The notes beneath the pieces were generated by a model, which ran no database searches, was not told where the DNA came from, and worked only from the letters and a program-made list of their open reading frames with translations. From the NCBI GenBank assembly GCA_964445305.1, contig CAYUKK010000022.1:3174-67173 (forward strand): 64,000 bases of DNA. The letters are read 5' to 3'. The position numbers and the translations under genes were made by a program. Below, piece by piece: positions 26,030 through 33,783 of the stretch. The DNA comes from an uncultured Eubacteriales bacterium. GTDB lineage: Bacteria > Acidobacteriota > Aminicenantia > Aminicenantales > UBA8522. How positions within the stretch are numbered: the stretch's first letter is position 1; each line of letters starts with the position of its first letter.

Positions 26030-28185
26030 GGATGCGGAACATCAAGGGCATACTCGTTGTCTTTGCCTTTACTTTCTGGGGATGCGTAAGCTTTGGCTCC
26101 TATTATTATAAGCTCGGCATCCGCGCCGAGATGAACAAGAACTGGGACGAGGCTATCGCCCATTATGAAAGGGCGCTCCAGGAGAGCCCCCATGTGTATG
26201 CCTACAAGGTGGCCTTGGCTCGAGCCAAGTTTTCCGCCAGTCTTTTTCAAATCCAGGAGGCCCGGCGACTGGCCGCCCAGGGAGACAGGGAGGGTGCCCG
26301 CAAAGCTTATGAGAAGGCTCTCTCTTACGACCCGCGCAACCGGGCCACAGCGGAGGAGATGCGCCGTTTCCTCCAGGAGCAAACTCAGGAAGAAAAGCCG
26401 AAGACGGAGAGACTCGAGTCTCCGGTGAAGCTCAAGGTTCCGCCGGAGAAGATTGAGCTCAAGTTCACGGAAGCCAGCCTGCGCTCGATTTTTCAGGCCC
26501 TGGCCAAGCACGCCCGGGTGAACATCCTGTTCGACGAATTGTTCAAGGACACGCCCATGACGATTGACCTTACGGGAAAGGAGTTCGAAGAAGCCATCAG
26601 CTTCCTCTGTCTGGCCAGCAAGAATTTCTATCGGGTGATCGATGAAGCAACGCTCATCATTGTTCCTGACCAACCCGTCAAGCGAATCCAGTATGAGCAA
26701 AACGCCGTCAAGGTTTTCTACCTTTCCAACCTCAACGCCCAGGATGTCCTGGCCGCTCTCACCCAGATGCTCCGGAGCCAATACCGGGCGCCCAACATCT
26801 TCGTCGACAAAAACCTCAACACGGTGACGATCCGGGATACGCCGGTCAATATCGAGCTGGCCGCGGACCTCATCCGCAAATGGGACAAACCCAAGGGGGA
26901 AGTGGTCATTGACTTGGAAATCATGGAAGTGTCCCGGCAAAAATTGCGGGAGATCGGCCTTGACTTGGACCAGGCCATGGTTGGGGTACGCTATGCCGGG
27001 CCTGGAGCTACGGATACAGAAGGTTGGTACAACCTTGGCGAAATCGACCTCGGACCAAGCACGAGTTACCAGATTTCCTTGCCCTCGGCCCTGATTCGTT
27101 TCCTCGAATCTGATGCCGATACGCGGATTCTGGCTCAGCCCAGGCTGAGGGGAGTGGCGGACGAGGAAATCAAGACATTGGTCGGGCAAAGGGTTCCCAT
27201 CCCCCAGACTACCTTCACGCCCATCGCCGCGGGCGGAATCAGCCAGCAGCCTGTGACCTCATTCACCTTTGAGGAGGTCGGCCTCGACATCAAGATCAAG
27301 CCGCGGGTTCATCTGGAGAAGGAAGTGACCCTGGAGATCGAGCTCAAAATCCGGTCCATTGCCGGGACCGGTTACGCCAACCTGCCCATCATTTCGACTC
27401 GAGAGATCAAGAACACGATTCGCTTGAAAGATGGGGAGACAAACCTCCTCGCCGGGTTGCTTCGGGACGAGGAGAGAAAGACGATGCGCGGCATCACCGG
27501 GCTAAAAAACATCCCTGTTCTGGGCTATCTTTTTGCTGCCACTGACCAGACCATCGAACAGTCGGACGTCATCCTGACCATCACACCCTACATCATCCGC
27601 AGCGTTCCCCGAACAGCCGAGGACGATCGGCCTGTCTGGATTCCGCTCGAAGGGGTGGCTGGGGCCGGCAGGGTAGAGAGGGAAATGGGGGAGCCGATGC
27701 TGGTCACCCCAGACATGCTCCCCGGGTTGGGTCGGCAGGAAGAGGTGATGCCTGAAGCTCGGCCTGAAGCGGCCGGGGAAAACGTCATCACCCTTGACCC
27801 GGCCAGTTTTGAGATTCCGCGGGGGCGGGAATTTCGCCTCAGCGTTAACATTCGCTCTCAGCAGGAGATTGGCAGTTTTTCCCTGAACTTGAGTTTTAAC
27901 CCTCAAGTGGTCAAGCTCAAGGACGTTCTTGAGGGGGGATTCGTGCGGCAATTGGGAGATAAGGTGCCTTTCCTCAAGAGTGTGGCTGAGGGAAGCTGCA
28001 CTCTGGGTTTCTCCAGTCCTCAGCCGAGCCGGGGATTCCGCGGCGGCGGGAACCTGGCTGTTCTCGTTTTCGATGCTGCAGCGCAGGGAGAGACATCTAT
28101 CCGGGTGGTCGGAGTCACGGCCAATGCGCCCACAGGCGCGCCCATCCGTTTCGTCAGTCGAGAATCGCAGGTCATCGTCCGGTAA
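26026..28185 (+). CDS. pilQ: secretin (PilQ/GspD family) with N-terminal TPR region and a C-terminal cohesin-like beta-sandwich extension
   Basis: Secretin_N and secretin domains (..ILTITPYIIRSV). N-terminal TPR-like (YKLGIRAEMNKNWDEAIAHYERAL...). C-terminal ~150 aa FRLSVNIRSQQEIGSFSLNLSFNPQVVKLKDV...GNLAVLVFDAAAQGETSIRVVGV resembles cohesin domains. Confidence 0.8.
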   Translation: MRMRNIKGILVVFAFTFWGCVSFGSYYYKLGIRAEMNKNWDEAIAHYERALQESPHVYAYKVALARAKFSASLFQIQEARRLAAQGDREGARKAYEKALSYDPRNRATAEEMRRFLQEQTQEEKPKTERLESPVKLKVPPEKIELKFTEASLRSIFQALAKHARVNILFDELFKDTPMTIDLTGKEFEEAISFLCLASKNFYRVIDEATLIIVPDQPVKRIQYEQNAVKVFYLSNLNAQDVLAALTQMLRSQYRAPNIFVDKNLNTVTIRDTPVNIELAADLIRKWDKPKGEVVIDLEIMEVSRQKLREIGLDLDQAMVGVRYAGPGATDTEGWYNLGEIDLGPSTSYQISLPSALIRFLESDADTRILAQPRLRGVADEEIKTLVGQRVPIPQTTFTPIAAGGISQQPVTSFTFEEVGLDIKIKPRVHLEKEVTLEIELKIRSIAGTGYANLPIISTREIKNTIRLKDGETNLLAGLLRDEERKTMRGITGLKNIPVLGYLFAATDQTIEQSDVILTITPYIIRSVPRTAEDDRPVWIPLEGVAGAGRVEREMGEPMLVTPDMLPGLGRQEEVMPEARPEAAGENVITLDPASFEIPRGREFRLSVNIRSQQEIGSFSLNLSFNPQVVKLKDVLEGGFVRQLGDKVPFLKSVAEGSCTLGFSSPQPSRGFRGGGNLAVLVFDAAAQGETSIRVVGVTANAPTGAPIRFVSRESQVIVR

Positions 28186-28230
28186 GTGGGGAGTCGGACC
28201 GCACCAAAAGAGGAAGTTGGGTAAGGCCGT

Positions 28231-28857
28231 TTAGCCGACAAATCTGCCCGTTAGCCAGAAAAGGAGAGTCAGGATAAAAATGCCCGTCAGGGACAAGCGG
28301 AGTTGTCGAAGAAAAAGCGTTTCGCTTTTCTTGCCCAGATAGAAGCCCAAGGGCACAAGAAAAACGGCCAGCATGGCTAAGAAGCTTCCGCTGACGAAGA
28401 TATGATCAAGGACTTTGGTCAGGCCTCCACTAACCCAATAAGCGTACCGGATTGCATAAGTTATGACCAAAGCAAAGAGAATATGGCTTCCGTAGGCCGA
28501 GAGGATTCCGATGAGGGAAAGACGCGTTGCCTTTTTTGTCCTGAACCCGGAGAGGAGACTGACCACGGCCTCGAAAGCTAACCCCAGCATCAAAATCCCC
28601 AGGAGGTGGCAAAGATAAGGGCCCGCGTTAACAAGACGGAAGAGGGAGGCAATGACGCTGATGGTGGCCGATGAGCCGGGCCAGTGAGCTATCGCCCGGC
28701 CGGCCGAAAGGAGGAAGAGAGCGATGGACGAAAGCCAAACCGAAGCCAGGGGAATGTCCTTCGAATAGAGGAAGTCGCCGGTGATCATTTCGTTCAGCCC
28801 CCAGAGCGACCCGATGAATAGAAGACAGGTTATTTGCTTGATTTTAACCATAGCCAT
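28231..28857 (-). CDS. hypothetical polytopic membrane protein (~6 TM)
   Basis: 208 aa, almost entirely hydrophobic helices. No motif recognised. Confidence 0.45.
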   Translation of the reverse strand: MAMVKIKQITCLLFIGSLWGLNEMITGDFLYSKDIPLASVWLSSIALFLLSAGRAIAHWPGSSATISVIASLFRLVNAGPYLCHLLGILMLGLAFEAVVSLLSGFRTKKATRLSLIGILSAYGSHILFALVITYAIRYAYWVSGGLTKVLDHIFVSGSFLAMLAVFLVPLGFYLGKKSETLFLRQLRLSLTGIFILTLLFWLTGRFVG

Positions 28858-28968
28858 ATTCTCCCTGAGGAGATCTGATGATCGATTCCTTCTTATACAA
28901 TGAACCGGAAAAAATTTCTACCCTGCCATCAGGTTGACTTATAGGATGGCCTTTCCTATTTCTTTATC

Positions 28969-29514
28969 ATGATCCTCGTCCTGACCGGTCCGGTTCATTC
29001 GGGAAAGACGAGCTTTCTTCGTCAAGTGATTGCCCGCCTGCGGAAACAAAACGTTGCCTTCGACGGCTACTTGAGCTTTGCTGTCATAAGAGAGGGACGG
29101 AACATAGGTTACGACCTCTTTGACTTGACGACTGAAGAGGCCACACCTTTTTTGCGGTGCGAAGGCGAGAAAGGCTGGCCAAGGGTTGGCCGCTATTTTT
29201 TTGTTCCTGAAGGGCTCGAGAAAGCGCGGCAAAAAATCGTCGCATGTTCTCCTCGTACCTTCCTCATTGTCGATGAAATTGGGCCGATGGAGGTTAGGGG
29301 TGGCGGAGTTTGGCCGGCTTTTTCCTCATGGCTAAAAAAAGCTGGCCGAGGTTGTCTGCTCGTCGTTCGACGGTCCATTCTCGGCGACTTCCTTCGTCGA
29401 GTTGAGCCGAGTCGAGTTGAAGTTATTGACATTGGCGATAAACAAGCCTCTCTCAAGATTGAAAGAAGACTCCGTGCTTCAAGCGAGGGGAAAAGGCGAG
29501 GCTCTAAAGAATAA
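28969..29514 (+). CDS. small P-loop NTPase (THEP1/DUF2478-like)
   Basis: Walker A ILVLTGPVHSGKTSF. Walker B FLIVDEIGPME. 181 aa. Confidence 0.6.
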   Translation: MILVLTGPVHSGKTSFLRQVIARLRKQNVAFDGYLSFAVIREGRNIGYDLFDLTTEEATPFLRCEGEKGWPRVGRYFFVPEGLEKARQKIVACSPRTFLIVDEIGPMEVRGGGVWPAFSSWLKKAGRGCLLVVRRSILGDFLRRVEPSRVEVIDIGDKQASLKIERRLRASSEGKRRGSKE

Positions 29515-29694
29515 AGAATAAGGTTAAAGGCAAGAATATTGAGCTGGATGGGTCAAGAGGACTATGAAAATTGGGATTGCGTCCCTTTTCTCCCGACACC
29601 GTAAGCTAACGTGGCGCTCCCTAAGTCTTCCGATAGAGAATTCTTCTCGAGCGAGAGGGATTTAAGTTGGCTAGAGATGATGAGGATGGCGAGT

Positions 29695-30003
29695 GCACCC
29701 CAGGGGTGGCGGGCTTCGCCATCCCAACCCCGAGCCTCCACACGCACTCTCCCGATGTTGGATATAAGGCCCTTTAATCTGCTTTAGTGAATTGGGGGGA
29801 ACAGGCGAGGGGTTTGGGTGAGAAAGCCCGTCGAAGCCTGAGCGGGCAGGGTTTCTCGAGCGAAGCGAGAGAAGAGCGAAGGCTGAGTCGGAGCGAGTTT
29901 CCTCGCTGGGGAAACGAGCGGGCTTCGCCATCCCAACCCCGAGCCTGGCCGGGGGTGAACCACGACAGGACCCGTCGGGTGCTTTGATCGGCAATTTCGG
30001 GAC
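29695..30003 (-). repeat. structured non-coding repeat, copy 2 (right inverted repeat)
   Basis: Reverse complement aligns with 9916-10251 (see copy 1). Same sub-repeats (29706-29740, 29916-29946 by eye) and the same GAAA-tetraloop hairpin. Lacks the 26-nt insertion present in copy 1. Intergenic between the NTPase and AOR genes. Confidence 0.7.
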
Positions 30004-30015
30004 AATCCGTTCTTC

Positions 30016-30044
30016 TTGTCAGAAAAGAATGGATTTGATATGCT
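30016..30044 (+). promoter_or_regulatory. candidate sigma70 promoter for the AOR operon
   Basis: TTGTCA (30016-30021), 17 nt spacer, TATGCT (30039-30044), 27 nt upstream of the AOR ATG. Directly abuts repeat copy 2. Confidence 0.35.
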
Positions 30045-30071
30045 CGACATCCTTTTCAGGCATTTTAGAAC

Positions 30072-31901
30072 ATGAGCGATCTTCCTTCTGGCTATCACGG
30101 CAAAATCCTGGAGGTTGACCTTTCCAAGGGTCAGGTGGAAGCCTTCCCTCTCGACCCGGAAGACTTGGCACGGTATCTGGGAGGCCGCGGTCTTGGCGCC
30201 CGAATTCTCTATGACCGAATTGACCCGACCTGTGATCCCCTGGGTCCAGACAACGCGATTGTGATCGCCACTTCACCCCTCATCGGTACGAACGCGCCGA
30301 CAGCCGGTCGCGGCCACATGGTCTTCAAGTCCCCTCTCACTGGCGGGATCGGAAGCTCCAACTGCGGCGGAACATGGGCCCCGGCGTTCAAGGCGACGGG
30401 CAGCGATGTTCTCGTCATCAAAGGCAGAGCTTCGGCGCCTGTTTTCCTCGATATCACTCCTGAAAAGGTAGAAATTCTGCCTGCTTCCCATCTCTGGGGC
30501 ATGGATGTTCATCAGACGACGGACATTCTGACCTCCGGGGAGGCACCGCGCCAGAGTCGGGTCCTTTGCATCGGGCCAGCCGGAGAGAAAAGAGTTCGTT
30601 TCGCTACTGTCATGAACGACCGGAACCGAGCTTATGGCCGGAGCGGTTCGGGCGCTGTCTGGGGAAGCAAGAACCTTAAGGCCATTCGAGTCGCCGGTCG
30701 GGTGAAAATCGATATCCGGGATAAAGATCAATTCCGGTCCGGAGCCGAACAAGCCTACTACCTCCTGAAACAAGCGCCTGCGACGAAGCGCCTGCTCAAG
30801 GACCTTGGAACGATCGGACTCATCGAGCTCATCAACCTCATCCAGATGCTTCCCCACCGCAATTTTCAAGACAACGTTCACCGGGATGAAGATGTGGACA
30901 AGATTTCGGGGGAGACCTTTTCCAAACGGTTGTTGGAAAGAGCTGGCGGTTGCTATCTGTGTCCAATCGCCTGCCAACGGCACACCCGGGTTGGCCAGAA
31001 AAAGGGGGAGGGGCCAGAGTACGAGACAACGGTGATGTTAGGTCCAGACTGTCATATTTACGATTTGGAAGCCATCACCCTGGCCAACTATGCCTGTAAC
31101 GAGCTGGGCATCGATACCATTTCTTTTGGTGGCACCCTGGCTTGTGCCATGGAGCTCTTCGAGCGAGGCCTCCTTACCGAAAGGGACACAGAAGGCCTCG
31201 ACCTGCGATTTGGCAACGCCCAAATTCTCGTGGAGATGGTCCGCCGCACCGCCCTGCGACAGGGGATCGGCGATCTTCTGGCTGAGGGCTCCTTTCGGTT
31301 GGCCAGCGCTTTCTCCCATCCCGAGTTTTCGATGACCATCAAGAAGCAGGAAATTCCGGCTTACGAGCCGCGTGCTTCCTTCACTCAGGCTCTCGGTTAC
31401 ATGACCTCGCCCACGGGGGCCTGCCATCTCAAGGGTGGCTATGCTGTTTCCCTGGCTTTCTTTGGCGGGCCCAGGGAGATCCCCCGCTTCAGCTTGCTCC
31501 AGTCTCCCCTGGCCATCCGCAACATGCACAACTTGGGGATCGTGCAGGACACTCTGGGCATCTGCCGCTTCACGGGATATGCGTTTTCGACAGACCCCTG
31601 GGCGAGGATGGCCAGCGGCGTGACGGGCCTTGATTTTTCTACGGCTGAGCTTGAGCGGATGGCCAACCGGGTGGCGGCCCTGGAGAGGCTTTTCAACCTG
31701 GAAGCGGGGCTGGGAGCTGAGGATGATACTTTGCCGGAAAGGTTCAGCCTCGAGCCGATCGTTGTCGCGGGCGAGGAGCGGGTGATTTCTCGAGACATCA
31801 TCCGACGCCTCCGGTCGGATTACTACCGGGCCCGTGGCTGGGACGAAGAAGGGAGACCGCCAGCCGCCCTCCTCGAATCCCTCGGCATCAGGAGGCGGTA
31901 G
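30072..31901 (+). CDS. tungsten-type aldehyde:ferredoxin oxidoreductase (AOR family)
   Basis: AFOR N-domain (YHGKILEVDLSKG.., TSPLIGT..PTAGRGHMVFKSPLTGG). CYLCPIAC [4Fe-4S] motif. GIDTISFGG. 609 aa. Confidence 0.9.
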   Translation: MSDLPSGYHGKILEVDLSKGQVEAFPLDPEDLARYLGGRGLGARILYDRIDPTCDPLGPDNAIVIATSPLIGTNAPTAGRGHMVFKSPLTGGIGSSNCGGTWAPAFKATGSDVLVIKGRASAPVFLDITPEKVEILPASHLWGMDVHQTTDILTSGEAPRQSRVLCIGPAGEKRVRFATVMNDRNRAYGRSGSGAVWGSKNLKAIRVAGRVKIDIRDKDQFRSGAEQAYYLLKQAPATKRLLKDLGTIGLIELINLIQMLPHRNFQDNVHRDEDVDKISGETFSKRLLERAGGCYLCPIACQRHTRVGQKKGEGPEYETTVMLGPDCHIYDLEAITLANYACNELGIDTISFGGTLACAMELFERGLLTERDTEGLDLRFGNAQILVEMVRRTALRQGIGDLLAEGSFRLASAFSHPEFSMTIKKQEIPAYEPRASFTQALGYMTSPTGACHLKGGYAVSLAFFGGPREIPRFSLLQSPLAIRNMHNLGIVQDTLGICRFTGYAFSTDPWARMASGVTGLDFSTAELERMANRVAALERLFNLEAGLGAEDDTLPERFSLEPIVVAGEERVISRDIIRRLRSDYYRARGWDEEGRPPAALLESLGIRRR

Positions 31902-31903
31902 GC

Positions 31904-33223
31904 GTGGGCAAAAAGACATGGAAAGCGAGCGCAGACATCCTCCGGTTGTTCCAATCCATAGGCCGGGCCTCCCTCCTCTATGATGTCCAGGACAGTCACA
32001 GCGGGAACATGGCCATTCGCTACCGTGACGAGGCCGGCCATGAATGGATCGTCATCACCGCCACGGGCTCGCAGAAAGGGGATCTCGATGCGAGCCAGAT
32101 TTGTTTTCTCTCGCCGACCGAAACGGATTTTGGCTATTATAAAGCCTCTTCGGAAACGGATATCCATGCCCGCATCCTCAACCTGGAAGGAGTCGCCGCC
32201 TCCATCCACGCTCATACCAAAGACCTGACAATTGTTACCCTCGACGATGCCCCCAAGCCGAGCCAACCGCCGCCTTTCGTCCCTGTCGATCCCCTCGGCC
32301 ATTTTTATCTGGGTGAGGTGCCCGTCGACTGGGTCGAAGTTCCAAGCGGCTCAGCCGAGATGACCAGAATCATCCCGGAAAGGCTGGCCCGACATCCCGC
32401 CGCGGTCATCCAGACGCATGGCACTTTTGCTCGGGGAAGGACGTTGCCTGAGGCTTTCTTCCTGGCATCCATTGCCAACAATTCCGGCTATGTCGTTCGC
32501 CTCCTCCACCGCCTGAAGGTGGATGTCGAGGCGTTGCGCCAGAAAGTTCTTAGCGAGCCCGAAACGATGTTCGCCCATCCTCCGCCTGCCTATACTATCG
32601 ACGATGATCACGTTTGTGAATTTGCTGACGAGAAAGAGATTCTTCAGGAATTCCGGAAGACAGGAGCGAGGATTTTTGAATCCCGGCTTTCGCCCTTCCA
32701 TACCGGTTCGATCTCGGTTCGGGGGGTCGAAAGGATGCTTTACGCTCCCAAGGCTTCCATGCCAAGGGAAGTCGGCGGCCCACTGCTCAATGTGCCCCTC
32801 GAAATCGAGGAAGAGGACACAGCCGAGCTCAGACTCCACAAACAGATTTACGCCGCCAGCGATTTTCAGACGATTATCCACTGTTATGTTCCGGAGGCAG
32901 AGGCCATGGCCCATTTCCGGCCACCCGGGCAAGAAGAACCGACGAACCGGATTGTTCCCCTTGATGCCGAGGGAAGCTTTCTTTACCTCGTCATTCCTGT
33001 CGTCCCGCCAAGAACTCAGGTAGGGGAGCTTGTCCGCCTTCTCCATGATTATAAGATTGTCGTCGTCCGAGGAGGGGGAGCCTGGGCCGTGGGTAGTCAA
33101 TCTCTCTCCGAAGCCCTGCATCATCCCTCCTCGCTCCGGGAGATCTGCTTGTACCGCATCGGTGCCTTCGAGCTGGGCCTCGACTTGAGGCGTCTTGAAC
33201 CGGAAAAAGCCAAGCGATGGTAA
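31904..33223 (+). CDS. tandem class II aldolase/adducin-domain protein
   Basis: Two repeats of the class II aldolase N-terminal pattern (SGNMAIRYRDEAGHEWIVITATGS and HTGSISVRGVERMLYAPKAS). H-x-H (SIHAHT) in domain 1. Translationally coupled to AOR and lutC (2-nt gap, 7-nt overlap). Confidence 0.55.
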   Translation: MGKKTWKASADILRLFQSIGRASLLYDVQDSHSGNMAIRYRDEAGHEWIVITATGSQKGDLDASQICFLSPTETDFGYYKASSETDIHARILNLEGVAASIHAHTKDLTIVTLDDAPKPSQPPPFVPVDPLGHFYLGEVPVDWVEVPSGSAEMTRIIPERLARHPAAVIQTHGTFARGRTLPEAFFLASIANNSGYVVRLLHRLKVDVEALRQKVLSEPETMFAHPPPAYTIDDDHVCEFADEKEILQEFRKTGARIFESRLSPFHTGSISVRGVERMLYAPKASMPREVGGPLLNVPLEIEEEDTAELRLHKQIYAASDFQTIIHCYVPEAEAMAHFRPPGQEEPTNRIVPLDAEGSFLYLVIPVVPPRTQVGELVRLLHDYKIVVVRGGGAWAVGSQSLSEALHHPSSLREICLYRIGAFELGLDLRRLEPEKAKRW

Positions 33224-33783
33224 GAGTCCGCCTCATCGAAAGGTTCATCTCCTCCGCCCAGGCTTCGGGAGCAGAAGTGGTGCGGCTGACAGGAACCGAC
33301 GAGGCCCTCGGCTTTGTTTTGAGCTTCCTTGAAGAAAGCGGCCGGCCATCCCTCGTTGTTTCTCCTGAAGTCCTCGATCAACTTGCCGGCGCCGCCAGCC
33401 TGGCCTCCCCGCTTCCGCAGACAAGAGAGGAATGGATGAGGACTGAAGTCAGCCTCGTTCGGGCCGACTATGGCCTGGCGCGAACGGGTACTCTCGTCCA
33501 CCTCGACCGGAGCGAGGAGGAACGTCTGAGCTGGACGCTTGCCTCCGCATGCCTTTGTCTTTTGAGCACAGAGAGCATTGTTGACGGGGCGGAGGAGCTG
33601 GCACCCGTTTTGGCGGCTCATCTTGGCCGCCGCGACCTTTTATCTCCCGCTGTCTCCTTGGTGACTGGACCGAGCCGGACGGCTGACATCGAAGGCCAGC
33701 TCATCTGCGGCGTCCATGGACCCAAGCGGTTGATTATCCTTCTCCTTAACGCCTCGACTTCACCGACAGATGAAAACGCTTGA
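33217..33783 (+). CDS. lutC: LutC-like (LUD domain) lactate utilisation protein C
   Basis: LUD-domain pattern ..DYGLARTGTLVHL...SLVTGPSRTADIEGQLICGVHGPKRLIILLL. 188 aa. Confidence 0.7.
   Translation: MVRVRLIERFISSAQASGAEVVRLTGTDEALGFVLSFLEESGRPSLVVSPEVLDQLAGAASLASPLPQTREEWMRTEVSLVRADYGLARTGTLVHLDRSEEERLSWTLASACLCLLSTESIVDGAEELAPVLAAHLGRRDLLSPAVSLVTGPSRTADIEGQLICGVHGPKRLIILLLNASTSPTDENA

Noticed and set aside
25852-27189. 445-aa ORF antisense to pilP/pilQ
   Set aside because: The secretin motifs are on the plus strand; the antisense product is featureless.
29572-29582. Extra 11-mer TTGGGATTGCG (shared with the repeat's sub-repeat) about 110 bp inside repeat copy 2
   Set aside because: Too short to distinguish from chance; noted only in case a third degraded sub-repeat is present.
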